34,016 bases of DNA from Octopus bimaculoides (Eukaryota): the NCBI RefSeq assembly GCF_001194135.2, contig NC_069007.1, positions 5,366,615-5,400,630 of the forward strand. Reading direction: 5' to 3'. The stretch's first letter is position 1, and every line of letters starts with the position of its first letter. Shown piece after piece: positions 1-11,491 of this stretch. A model generated the notes under the pieces. That model was not told where the DNA came from and ran no database searches. It was given only the letters and a program-made list of their open reading frames with translations. The position numbers and the translations under genes were made by a program.

Positions 1-202
1 TATATATATATATATATATATATGAGAGGGGTTTGTGGTCAGATGGCACTTCAGTCTTGGGTCTTCAGATCCAAGAAAGGGTGCTGGGAATTTTGGACAG
101 GGGAGGAGTTCCTCACTCCTTTCCACCATTCCTCTACCTATTTCGATGCCAGTATTTGACTGATATGTTATTTTATAAACCCTGAATGGGTGAAAGACAT
201 AC

Positions 203-239
203 CCGACTTCAGCAGGACTTGGACCTAGGCTGTAAAGAA
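203..239 (-). CDS. Candidate 37-nt next exon (linker-like, VLYSLGPSPAEV)
   Basis: gatattttttctttcAG|TT CTT TAC...GTC GG|GTatgt. Open in the phase-1 frame required by exon 1751-1904. Supported only by splice signals and frame; no domain motif. Confidence 0.3.
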
Positions 240-688
240 CTGAAAGAAAAAATATCACAAAACATTTTGTTGGACGCTCTAACAATTCTCGAAGTTACAC
301 ATGTTTGTTTTGCAGTGCTGACAAAGCAGTGTTGGGTTAAGAAAGCAAGCATATTCTATAGAAAAACAATTTCTTGTGGAAACTTGGACAATATTAGAGT
401 GATGGTTAATCAATACTATTCGATCGGTGATGATTGATTGGAACTAATGTCTAAGTGTTATAAGAAAACTTTAGGATACTGTGCAAAAACAAATAAAAAA
501 ATATAGGGGGGAGGTTAGTGGCAATACGACCGAAACGTGTTAAGCTTCATTACCTCCCTTGTTGAGTGACTTGTTTCTTGATTTCTTTTCAGGTTTGTGT
601 GTAGTAGCGCTCTCTGGTGGACACAAAAAGAATAACATGTTTTTTTTTTTATTTCTGTTTTTATTTTATGTTTGTGTGTATTGAGTGA

Positions 689-870
689 AGGCACATAGCC
701 TAGTGGTTAGGGTGTTGCACTCATGATCACAAGACCATGATTTCAATTCCTGGACTAGGCAGTGCACTGTGTTCTTGTGACAAAACACTTCCTTTTTTGT
801 CCCCTCAGCTGTAAATGAGTAAACCTACAATGGACTGGAGTCCTGTTCTGGGGTGGCTGCTGTGGCCTCG
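689..870 (+). mobile_element. Old tRNA-derived SINE fragment
   Basis: GCACATAGCCTAGTGGTTAGGGTGTTGCACTCATGATCACAAGACCATGATTTCAATTCCTGG tRNA-like head followed by non-tRNA body. Confidence 0.55.
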
Positions 871-911
871 GACAGTTACGTGCAGGGTAACTGACCCTAT
901 CAGTCCTAGGC

Positions 912-1172
912 TGATGATTATGATGATGATGATGATAATGATTATGTTGGTAGTGATGAAGATGATGATAATAGTGATGGTGTTGATTATAATAATGTTG
1001 GTAATAAGAACAATCATGATAATGATTATAATGATGATGATAGTAATGATGACAACGATGATCATGATAATGGTTATGGTGATGGTGATGATGAAGACGA
1101 CGACTACAATGATGATGGTGATGATGATGACAATGACGATGGAGATGATGACGGTGATGATGATGGTTGTGG

Positions 1173-1204
<32 letters not shown>

Positions 1205-1218
1205 AACAATGATGTTAG

Positions 1219-1256
<38 letters not shown>
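912..1256. repeat. Degenerate (GAT)n microsatellite
   Basis: Source of the poly-M/I/H ORFs in the track. Confidence 0.95.
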
Positions 1257-1750
1257 CTCATGCTTAATCTGGCAAATGAGAGGGAAATGATAAAAGAGTT
1301 CTCTGACTCAGGGGACACAACTAAAGAAACAGCTGCGACATTTTTTTAACTCTTACTTTCTCTTCACTTTGACATGAAAAATATGTTTTTAATTAACATT
1401 TATCATTTACATGCTTTAATCATTGAACTGTGGCCATGCTGGGGCACCACCTGGAAGGGCTTTATATCCTCATAACTAAGCAGTTCAACCAAAAGAACCA
1501 ATTAAACAAGTATCAAACTTGTTCTACTAAAATATTTCAAGGAAATGCCCCAGCATGGCCACTATTCAATAACTAAAACAAGTAAAATAGACACATACAC
1601 ACACACAAAAAAAAGAAACAAAGAAGCCATTCCTATTGAGAATATTTCTTGGTTGTTTCAAGTCAGCCAGTGTTTAGTCATGCATGGCTTATAAATGGTT
1701 TCGTTCACTAACTCTTATTGGAAACACAAGTCACTGGAATGGTAACTTAC

Positions 1751-1904
1751 CTCTTAAATATAAATGAGCTGTTTTGTTTCTCACAGCCTGTAAATTTTCA
1801 GCAAAGCACATGTATTTTCCTATCTCTTTCCATGACATCGATTTAATGTAGAGTTTGCGTCCATCTTTGGATATATTTACAGTTGGGGGAAAAGAAACAG
1901 TGTT
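1751..1904 (-). CDS. Ig I-set domain 2, C-terminal half (internal exon, 154 nt, phase 0-1)
   Basis: ttcatattatttccAG|AAC ACT...TTA AGA G|GTaagt. Translates NTVSFPPTVNISKDGRKLYIKSMSWKEIGKYMCFAENLQAVRNKTAHLYLR, with LxI and GxYxCxAxN motifs. The phase-0 start matches the phase-0 end of exon 3436-3551. Not in the ORF track. Confidence 0.92.
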
Positions 1905-2220
1905 CTGGAAATAATATGAATTGAATTATAATTTTGTTTTGCATATGTTTTTATAATTTTAAACTATGAAATGGATGTAGTTTGGCAAAATCATTGGAAC
2001 TGTCAAAAACAAAAAGCAAAACAAAAATAAAGACCCTCTCTGTATTTATGATATATCTTAAGTTGATATCCCAACATGGCTAACTTTATTATTTTGCCAT
2101 TTTAATTGCTCTGTATTTAAATGTGTTTATGGGGAGAAAGATATTGAAAAACATCAATATGTCGGAGTAGTAAACAAATGAGGTCATCCTCAAGAGGCAG
2201 AGATGATTTAAATAAATGAA

Positions 2221-2372
2221 CAAGGCGTGGTTGTGTGGTAAAAAGTTTGCTTCCCAACCACATGGTTCAGGGTTCAGTCCTACTGCATAGCACCTTGGGC
2301 AAGTGACTTCTACTACAGCCTCAGGTCCAACCAAAGCCTTGTGAGTGGATTTGGTAGACAGAAACTGAAAGA
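2221..2372 (+). mobile_element. SINE family B, 5' half
   Basis: Head and CORE-like block match 29690-29840. Further partial copies lie near 11345-11655, 26275-26890 and 30020-30625. Confidence 0.75.
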
Positions 2373-2423
2373 AGGACAGAAACTGAAGGAAACTGAAGGG
2401 CAGCGAGCTGGTAGAATTGTTAG

Positions 2424-2728
2424 AATTCTTTGGGGTTTGAATAATTCACCTTTGGAAACCTGGGTGTTTTGCTGAACATCCTTAACCAAACCTTATCCAG
2501 GGACTTTTTGAGCGGGATGGGCTACTCAACTTGAAGAAAATTCTAACTGGGCCCCACCCGCAAGGTCATGCGCTGTTTATCTTGATATGAGATCACCATG
2601 TCACGCACATATGGTTGTGATGCATGTGCCTGGTGTACCCTTATCAGACGGGTAGTCATGATGGGTATATTGGGCTTCGTATATTTTACCCCAGTGTCAC
2701 TTTGATGGCATGCGCTGCTCTCTCACTC

Positions 2729-2775
<47 letters not shown>

Positions 2776-3362
2776 TAATAATAATGATAACAATGATGAT
2801 AATAAGTGCCCTGATGCAGTACCAGGACCATCTCCTATGGCTTCTGATCTTAACTGATTGGAAGTGTTATCATGTACATGTTTTGTCTTGTTATAAAATG
2901 ATGGGCTACAGCAAATATTCTGCTCAATACCACAGATTTACTTGTCAGTTGTTTGACCTTAACCAGTTGAGCATGTCCCTTGGTGACTAACGATTATGTG
3001 CATCTCTGATCATGAGCAGAAGTAGTGGGGGAGAATCATAGCCATGTGTTGAGTGGGGTTCTTTGGGGTTTGAATAATTCTCCTCTGGAAACATGGGTGT
3101 TTTGTTCAACATCCTTAAACATCCCTTATTGAGGGACCTTTTGAGCAGGATGGGCTACTTGACTTAAAGAAAATTCTAACTGGGCCCCACATGCATGTTC
3201 ATGTACTGTTTATCTTGATATGAGATCACCATATTGGGCACATGTGGTTGCAATGTATGTGCCTGGTGTACCTTTACCAGACAGGTAATCATGACGGGTA
3301 TATTGGGTTTTGAATATTTGTACCCTGGTGTCGCTTTGATGGCATGCACTGCTCTCTCACTC
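2424..3362. mobile_element. Two tandem copies of an (AAT)n-bounded interspersed element
   Basis: 2424-2728 aligns to ~3056-3362. Both copies end ...GCTCTCTCACTCA followed by (AAT)n (2729-2805 and 3363-3425); copy 2 spans 2806-3362. Confidence 0.8.
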
Positions 3363-3366
3363 AGTG

Positions 3367-3425
<59 letters not shown>

Positions 3426-3435
3426 CCAAACTTAC

Positions 3436-3551
3436 ATTGAATGTCCAATAAATATGTGGTTTTGGATCATCATCTGTGTCACATGAAAACGTTACAGGTT
3501 CTCCTATCTGAGACACTGTATCTACAGGGTATTTCACAAAATGTGGACCAT
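3436..3551 (-). CDS. Ig I-set domain 2, N-terminal half (internal exon, 116 nt, phase 1-0)
   Basis: tttctcattttcAG|AT GGT CCA...TTC AAT|GTaagt. Translates (D)GPHFVKYPVDTVSQIGEPVTFSCDTDDDPKPHIYWTFN, with PxFxxxP start, Cys and Trp. Phase-compatible with exon 24061-24216 across a ~20.5-kb intron. Confidence 0.92.
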
Positions 3552-3629
3552 CTGAAAATGAGAAAAACAATAAGAAATATTAGTGGTTAGAAATAAGATA
3601 CGGTTCATCAGTTTGGTTTAGTTTATACC

Positions 3630-4520
3630 TGGGACCAAAACTATTTGGTCTTACAATATTTTGGTCTCATATCTCTTTGGTTTAAAACACTCAGTCTATC
3701 TAGTGACACTTTGGTCTAATAATTATTTGGTCTAACAGCACATCTCTCTAATGATAATCTCAGACTAATGTCAACTTCATCTAATGACAATGTGGTTTAT
3801 TTTCACTTTGGTCTAACAATTCTTTAGTCTAATGATAAGTTGGTCTTAAGAACTTTGGTCTAACGATAATTTGGTTAAATGACAGGTTGATTCTAAACAC
3901 TTTAATCCAACGATACATTTGTTTAATAGCACTTTGGTCTATTGATTTTTTGGTCTAATGACATTTTGGTCTAAAACACTTCATCTAATGCTGCTTCAGT
4001 CTGATGCATTGCTCTAATGACTTTGGTCTCATGGCAGTTTGGTCTAACTAAATGCTACTATTTAACAACACTGGTGTAAAACATGTAACTCTAATATTTC
4101 ATTCTGATGACACATTGGTCTAATGGGACTTCAGTCTAAAAACTCTTTGGTCTAACAGCATGTTGGTCTTACAACACCTTGGTCTAAAGACACCTTAGTC
4201 TAACAACACTTTGGTCTAACAACAATTTGTTTAATGGTTGGTTGATCATAAACATTTTGGTCTAACAAGTCTTTGGTCTTATGGTAGGTTGGTCTAAAAC
4301 ACTTTTGTCAAACAACAAGTTGTCTAATGGTAGGTTGGTCTTAAACATTTTGGTTAGGCTGGTCTTCACACTTTAGTCTAACAACTCCTTGATGTAAAAT
4401 ATTTCAGTCTAACAGCACTTCGGTCTTAACAACACTTTGGTCTAAAGACTTCTTGGTCTAACAACTTTCGTGAAATGATACTTCGGTCAAATGGTACTTC
4501 CGTGTTATGACATTTTGGTC
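3630..4520. repeat. Degenerate minisatellite, ~16-18-nt unit with core TTTGGTCTAA
   Basis: Dozens of diverged acactttggtctaa-like units over ~900 nt. Confidence 0.9.
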
Positions 4521-5210
4521 AATAACATTCCATGATCAAAGGCGTTCCAGCTATGACCATTCCATTTAATTTTCAATGCATCATTTCTTCTTTGCCACAA
4601 ACACCCCCGCCAAAAGAAACAAAGAACCAGATAAGAGTTGCTGACAGGAAGAGCATCCTACCTCAATAATTCCCCCTGCCCTGTCCAAAACCATGGTAAC
4701 ATAGAAAAATGAACATAGACCAAAGAAAGTGCAGAGTGATTTGAGGTGATTTGGCTGTTATCTTTAGCAGGTTGAATATTCACATCCGAGCTCCAACTCA
4801 GTATTGATGAACTGAAACATTGTCAGTCACGTAATTAGATTTTTTTGATGAAGATTTTAATTTAGATCTAAACATTTTAATATAGCCACACATCCCAGGT
4901 GGGTTGGTGTTAGAATTATAATTAGAAGGGGATTTTAAAAAGCTTCTTCTAATCAATACAGGTCAATTTTTATCACACACACACACACACACAACACAAC
5001 AAAGAAAAAGCAATTAATCTGCATATTGTTTTTTTTTCTTTTCTTCTTCCTTTCCCTTGTGGTTTGTAGTTTACCGAAACACAATAGAAATTCAGATAAC
5101 TAACTCTATGGAACCTCTACATGGCTAATCACTCTGCTAGAAACAGTAGTCATATCTCACTTAAATCTCCATAACAAAATTTCTTTTCTAACAGTCTACT
5201 TAGAAGATAA

Positions 5211-5595
5211 GTTGTTGGCACTCCGTCGCTTACGACGTCGAGGGTTCCAGTTGATCCGATCAACGGAACAGCCTGCTCATGAAATTAACGTGCAAGTGGC
5301 TGAGCACTCCACAGACACGTGTACCCTTAACGTAGTTCTCGGGGATATTCAGCGTGACACAGTGTGATAAGGCTGGCCCTTTGAATTACAGGTACAACAG
5401 AAACAGGAAGAAAGAGTGAGAGAAAGTTGTGGTGAAAGAGTACAGCAGGGTTCGCCACCATCCCCCGCCGGAGCCTCGTGGAGCTTTTAGGTGTTTTCGC
5501 TCAATAAATACTCACAACGCCTGGTCTGGGAATCGAAACCGCGATCCTATGACCGCGAGTCCGCTGCCCTAACCACTGGGCCATTGCGCCTCCAC
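5211..5595 (-). mobile_element. tRNA-derived SINE family A, full length, 13-bp TSD
   Basis: Head TGGAGGCGCAATGGCCCAGTGGTTAGGGCAGCGGACTCGCGGTC with A/B-box-like motifs, and a (CAA)n tail. TSD ACTTAGAAGATAA at 5198-5210 and 5596-5608. Confidence 0.9.
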
Positions 5596-6004
5596 ACTTA
5601 GAAGATAAATAGTGGCATTAATGTAATCCATGTTTTGACAATGTGGTTGTTACTGACTCTTGGGGTGGTGGTAGTGGTGGTGGTGGTAGGGAGTCTGTGT
5701 AGCTATCCAGAGGGTTGATAAGCATCTGAAAGGATTTTGAGTATGGAAGTATGATTATGTTTGCATCATGTAAAAGCACCCATGTGGGCACCATGTAAAA
5801 GGCACCTGTGCCAGCGTTCTGTAAAAGCACCCATGCTAGTGTCAGGTACAAAACACCTGTGTTGGTGCTACGTAAAAGTACCTGCGCCAACAGCATAATG
5901 TAACAAGCACTCGTGCCGGTGTCATGTAAAAAGCACTAATGCCAGTACTATATAAAAGTCCTTAGTACACTGTAACATGGTTGGCATTATGAATGGCATC
6001 CAGC

Positions 6005-6490
6005 CATCATCATCATCATCGCTTAATGTCTGCTTTCCATGCTAGCATGGGTTGGACGATTTGACTGAGGACTGGTGAAACCGGATGGCTACACCAGGCT
6101 CCAATCTGATTTGGTAGAGTTTCTACAGCTGGATGCCCTTCCTAACGCCAACCACTCCGAGAGTGTAATGGGTGCTTTTATGTGCCACCGGCATGAATGC
6201 CAGTCAGGCAGATACTGGCAACGGCCATGCTCAAAATGGTGTATTTTACGTGCCACCTGCACAGGAGCCAGTTCCACTGCACTGGCAACGATCTCGCTCG
6301 AATGTTTTTACACATGCCACTGGCACAAGTGCCAGGAAGGCGATGCTGGTGACTGATGCCATCACAATTTCGCTTTTGCTTGCCCCAACAGGTCTTCACA
6401 AGCCGAGTTTCGTGCCTGCATAGGAGCCAGTCCAGCGCCACTGGCAACGATCTCACTCGAATGTCTTTACATGTGCCACCGGCACAATGT
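6005..6490 (-). mobile_element. SINE-like family R with (ATG)n tail and internal GTGCCAC/GGCACC tandem units
   Basis: Tail CATGCTAGCATGGAAAGCAGACATTAAGCGATGATGATG on the minus strand; aligns to 18200-18545. It is flanked by pieces of an oppositely oriented relative (about 5760-6004 and 6500-6625). Confidence 0.75.
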
Positions 6491-6760
6491 CTAAAGAAAA
6501 AAACATGCTAAAACAGACGACTGGTGCTTGGTACAGTCCTCTGGTTTGCCAGCTTCTGCTGAACCATCGAACTCATGCCAGCAGGAAAAATGGACGTTAA
6601 ATGATAATGATGATGGTGGTGATGATAACAGAAAATTTATTGCTCTTTATTAATTTCATTAAGTACTCCTGTCATTAAATTTAATTAAATATTGCTTATT
6701 AGAAAATGGTAATGACTTGTGGATAGAATATCATAGGAAAGAATCAGAAGATAGATTCTT

Positions 6761-7150
6761 CAAGCTGAGCCAACTGGCAGGAGACTTAGAAGGGGAAACC
6801 AAAAATGAGATGGTTGGGTTATAACCATAGTCTCAATTGGTCAAGCTTAGGAATCCAGTAATGATGGCTGCTTTTGATAGGACCCTATGGAGGAGGTGTC
6901 TGAGGACTCTACACCCACAACTTTTCCAGGAAATAGTGGGCATAAATGGTAGAAGAATTGATAAACATTTATATGCATATCAGATTTTGCAAGCTGAGCC
7001 AATGGAAGGAAACCCAGAATGAGATGATAGGACAATATCCATAGTCACAACTGGTCATACTTTGGAATCAAGCCAGAAAGTATAATGAGGGTTGCTTCTG
7101 ATAGGGCCCCATAGAGGAAGTGCCTGAGGACACAACATCCATGATCTTTA
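6761..7150 (+). mobile_element. Two tandem decayed copies of an RTE-like LINE ORF2 3' end
   Basis: ~230-nt period, with copies starting caagctgagcca at ~6761 and ~6990. Reads KMRW...WSSLGI...MAAFDRTLWRRCLR, similar to RTE/Rex3 C-termini. Confidence 0.55.
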
Positions 7151-7424
7151 TTGAAAGAGGAGGAAGAGAAACAGGATAAATGGATAAACATGGTTACCAT
7201 GGTGGAGTTACCATCTCATTAAATGTCATAACGGCACTCTAAAGGATAATTATCATCATCATCATCATCATCATTGCCGTCATTTTAAAGTCTACTCCAC
7301 TTTTCCATGCTTGCATGGGCTGGACCAAGTTTACTGAGGCAGGTGCTTCAATGGCCAGATGCCCTTCCTGTTTTCAAATAAGGTAATACTTCATCATGTC
7401 TGGACAGGTAGGCAAAAGAATAGA

Positions 7425-7562
7425 AATGCAGACAGGTAGGCAGGTAGGTAGATAGACAGATATATAGATAAACAGATAGATAGATAAGATAGATAGATAG
7501 ATAGATAGATATATAGAGAGAGAGACAGACAGACAGAAAGAGAGATAGATAGATAGACAGAC

Positions 7563-7641
<79 letters not shown>

Positions 7642-7646
7642 GAGAT

Positions 7647-7683
<37 letters not shown>

Positions 7684-7718
7684 GAGATTGATAGATACAT
7701 AGATAGATAGATAGATAG

Positions 7719-7756
<38 letters not shown>

Positions 7757-8070
7757 GCAGACAAACAGACAGACAGACAGACAGGCAGACAAACAGACAG
7801 ACAGTCAGACAGACAGATAGATAGGTAGGTAGGAAGGTAGGTAGGTAGGTAGGCAGAGAGAGACAGGCAGACAGATAGATAGAAAGATAGACAGACAGAG
7901 AGAAGGAGGGAGAGAGATAGAGGGATAAACACAGATTGATAGATAGATAGATAGACTGACAGAGAAAGAGAGAGATATAGAAAGACACACTGAATTAAAT
8001 AGACTGATACACACACACGACAGACAGACAGACAGAGAGACAGACAGACAGAGAGACAGACAGACAGACA
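7425..8070. repeat. (GATA)n/(GACA)n/(GA)n compound microsatellite
   Basis: Direct inspection. Confidence 0.95.
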
Positions 8071-8194
8071 AAAAAGTCCCAAGTGTTTATGTGCCAAGTG
8101 CACACATGTTTCAATTATAAAATCCAATATTTGGNNNNNNNNNNATGTTTCAATTATAAAATCCAATATTTGGCTTTGTCACAGCATTTTACAC

Positions 8195-8374
8195 TAAACA
8201 AATTAACACACACACACACACACACATACACACACACACACACACATACACATTCTCATAAGTATACATAATTGGTATCAACATACACAGAAACACACAC
8301 AAATTGATACACACACATATACACAAACAGACATACAGTGATAAGACATACAAACACACACAGTGAAACTCACT

Positions 8375-8406
<32 letters not shown>

Positions 8407-8870
8407 CACTCATGCATTAGCACAAACTCAGACATACAAACACACACACACACACACAAACACACTTAAACTGACACATGCACTTACACACAAAAACACA
8501 CACACTGACACACACTTACACACACATGCACAACCACACAAAAATCAACACACACACATGCACACATAAATTGACTCACAAAATCACACACACACACACA
8601 TTCATACACACGCACATTCATACATCCAACCACACAAACTGACACACATGCACAAACACACATGCACAAACACACACGTACACAGACGGACAGACAGGCA
8701 GACACACACACACATGTACAAACACATTCAAATTGACACATACACGCACTCATAAGCACACACGCACACTCATGCATATAGACACACACAAACTGACACA
8801 TAAACACACACAAACTGACACTTACAGAAACATACACAAATTCACACACACACACACACACAAACTCCCC
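8195..8870. repeat. Degenerate (CA)n tract
   Basis: Direct inspection. Confidence 0.95.
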
Positions 8871-9965
8871 CCCCACACACTATCACGTAACCCCGACACT
8901 ATTTTTCTTCTAAATTTTAATCAAATTACATTCTGTCGTTTTCGATACTTTCAGGTTTTTTTAATTAGTTAACAGAGAACTGCTGACTTGGCAGCTATTG
9001 ATTAATTTTAATTAATCCAATGTTTAATGAATTAAAACAATTAGTTCGGGAGATGAAATTAACATAAATTCAATAATTATCAGAGACTGTCAAGACTGAA
9101 ATCAATGTAACAGACATTTTAAAGTCTTTTGATGGTTTCTGTCACAAAACCACGGCCATGCTGGGGCATTGTCAAGAAGAGGTTTCATTGGGTAGGTTTT
9201 ACTTTGGGATAAAAATATGCAAGACTTTTACAAGTTTAAAACATGACATTGTTTTTTGTTGTCTACATTCCTACGATGGAGCTTTGTACTTTTGTTAGAG
9301 ACCCGCTCCTTTTTCAGAGGAAGAATTTAAACAGTTAAAAACAGCATACATACATGCATACAAACATATATGTATACATATACATTCCTCTGTGTGTGTG
9401 TGTGAATGTGAAGGGTGAATTTTTGAATTGCTGATGCACTCTAACCAAAGGGATTCCTCAAAATTTCCTTTATAAGGTTTGGATTGACTTTAGCTGTACT
9501 ACAAAAAAATAAAAAAAAATTGCCAAAAATATGAAGCAGTGAAATTGAACCTCAGAATTCATGATTGCAAAGCAAATTGCTTAACCATTTAGCCAATCTG
9601 ATTCTTCTATAATGACATCCAGGAACCAGACACCTGATGACAATCGAAACGTAATGCCAGAGATAATTTTAGATTCAAATTTTTGCACAAGGCTAGCAAC
9701 TTTAGGGGAAGGGGAAGTCGGTTACATTGACCCCAGTATCCAACTGGTACTTATTTTATTATCGACCTCAAAGGGATGGTGGGTAAAGTCAGCTTTGGTG
9801 GAATTTGAGCTCAAAATGTGAATCAGTGACACCAAACAGGCCAAAAGAGCTGTGCCAAAATATATCAACTCCCAGATGAGGTTAATTAGACTGGAACATT
9901 ATAACTGTAAAAATATTATTTGCTTTTATACATCTATGACTGGCAATCCACAAAAGAAGAGGGTA

Positions 9966-10525
9966 TTCATCATCATCATCATCATTTAAAGTCTGTTTTC
10001 CACACTGGCATGACAATAACTGTTGAGGTCAGGCGGCCACACCAGGTCCCATGGTCTGTTTTGATATGGTTTCTACAGCTGGATGAACTTCCTAACATCA
10101 ACCACTCAACAGAGTGTACTGGGTACATTTTAAGAGGTACCAACACAAGTGCTTTTTATGTGGCACCAACGCCAGTTTTTTTTTTATGTGGAACCATCAC
10201 CAGTGCATTTTAAGTGGCACCAGCACCAGTGCTTTTTATGTGGCACCATCACCAATGATTTTTAAGTGGCACCATCACCAATGATTTTTATGTGACACCA
10301 TCAGCACTGCTTTTTATGTGGCACCAACACCAGTGCTTTTTATGTGGCACCAACACCAGTGCTTTTTATGTGGCACCCTCACCAGTGCTTTTTATGTGGC
10401 ACCATCACCAATGATTTTTATGTGGCACCATCAACAATGATTTTTATGTGACACCATTGCCAGTGCTTTTTATGTGACACCATTTCCAGTGCTTTTTATG
10501 TGACACCATCACCAGTGCTTTTTAA
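9966..10525 (-). mobile_element. Family R element with an expanded internal 26-nt array
   Basis: (CAT)n tail at ~9968 and family-R body, then about 14 units of GTGCTTTTTATGTGGCACCAACACCA at ~10145-10525. Confidence 0.7.
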
Positions 10526-11229
10526 ATGATGCTCTGTGTGTTTGTTAAAAATGTGACTTTCAAATACTTTCACACCACAAGGGGAGGTTGTTGTGTTATA
10601 TATGTGCTATAGTGTTCACAATAATGAAATCACACCCTACACTTCTATGTTTATAACAGGGAGTGAAGGTAAGCAATGCTATTTACACCACGCAAGCGTA
10701 CAAGAGATAAACAGCAACACTGTGCAAGTGTTTTTGCAGGTTTTCATTCATTCATTTGTTTTAAGGTCTATATTTCCTTTGCTGATATGGGTTGTATGGG
10801 TCTCTACGCAGCTATAAATGTAGACTTTCATATCAATATGGAGAACCTTTTATGAAACATGCATAACACGGTGACCTATCTTGTGTGAATCTGTATGGAT
10901 CCCATAAGTGCTCTAATATAGTTTTTAAAAGCCTAGATGTCCAAGCAGGTCTGAAGTAGGTAAAGATTGATTACGAAAGTTAATGGGAGGGAAACAGATT
11001 AGGGACGTGCCTGTTGTTTGTATTTTAGACTTACCCATCTTTGGTGCCCTATGGGAAACTTGTGTTTTGGCAGGAGCTGATAATGTTAAGAGAATATATA
11101 AGTACATGAAGAATATTTAAAGAAGAGAAAGAATAAAATTAATTTAGGAGAAAGAAATCTTAATTTAACATTTTAACAATTTCAAGATTTTAATGAATAT
11201 ACTTATGTCAGATGAATAATATTCATGGT

Positions 11230-11345
11230 GTCATTTGGTCAAGCGTGGGAATCTCAGAGGAAAGAATAATGATGGCTGCTTCTGAGAGGACCCTATAGAA
11301 GAGGTGCCTGAGGATTGTACCCCCACGACCCTTCCAGGGTCTCTA
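11230..11345 (+). mobile_element. Third copy of the same RTE-like 3' end
   Basis: tggtcaagcgtgggaatc...atgatggctgcttctgagaggaccctatagaagaggtgcctgagga aligns to 6835-6945. Confidence 0.5.
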
Positions 11346-11451
11346 TTGCTGAACCACTAAGTTACGGTGATGAAAACACCAACACCAGTTGTGAAGCAGG
11401 GAAAGGAGGTAAGTACTTACACAAAGACAAACACAAACCAATATATACATA

Positions 11452-11491
<40 letters not shown>

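Noticed and set aside
755-1318. Long ORFs rich in H/I/M
   Set aside because: Translations of a (GAT)n microsatellite in several frames; no splice or domain support.
1303-1340. CTGACTCAGGGG...GAAACAGCTG resembling a Penelope-type hammerhead
   Set aside because: Core is not CUGANGA, and stems I and II do not pair.
5520-5595. tRNA-like sequences at SINE heads (also 11897, 21120-21199, 24381, 25620-25700)
   Set aside because: No complete cloverleaf or acceptor stem, and each is fused to a SINE body; not tRNA genes.
8106-8173. Exact 29-nt direct repeat around a 10-N gap
   Set aside because: Typical unmerged contig overlap, so an assembly artefact.
7348-8876. ORFs rich in SIYL/CLSV/HT repeats
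   Set aside because: Products of GATA/GACA/CA microsatellites.
9634-9655. CTGATGA-caatc-GAAA-CG-TA hammerhead-like core
   Set aside because: No stem II pair (C opposite C) and no convincing stem I; at most a dead remnant.
10145-10525. CRISPR-like appearance of regular repeats
   Set aside because: Units are contiguous without unique spacers and the context is eukaryotic.
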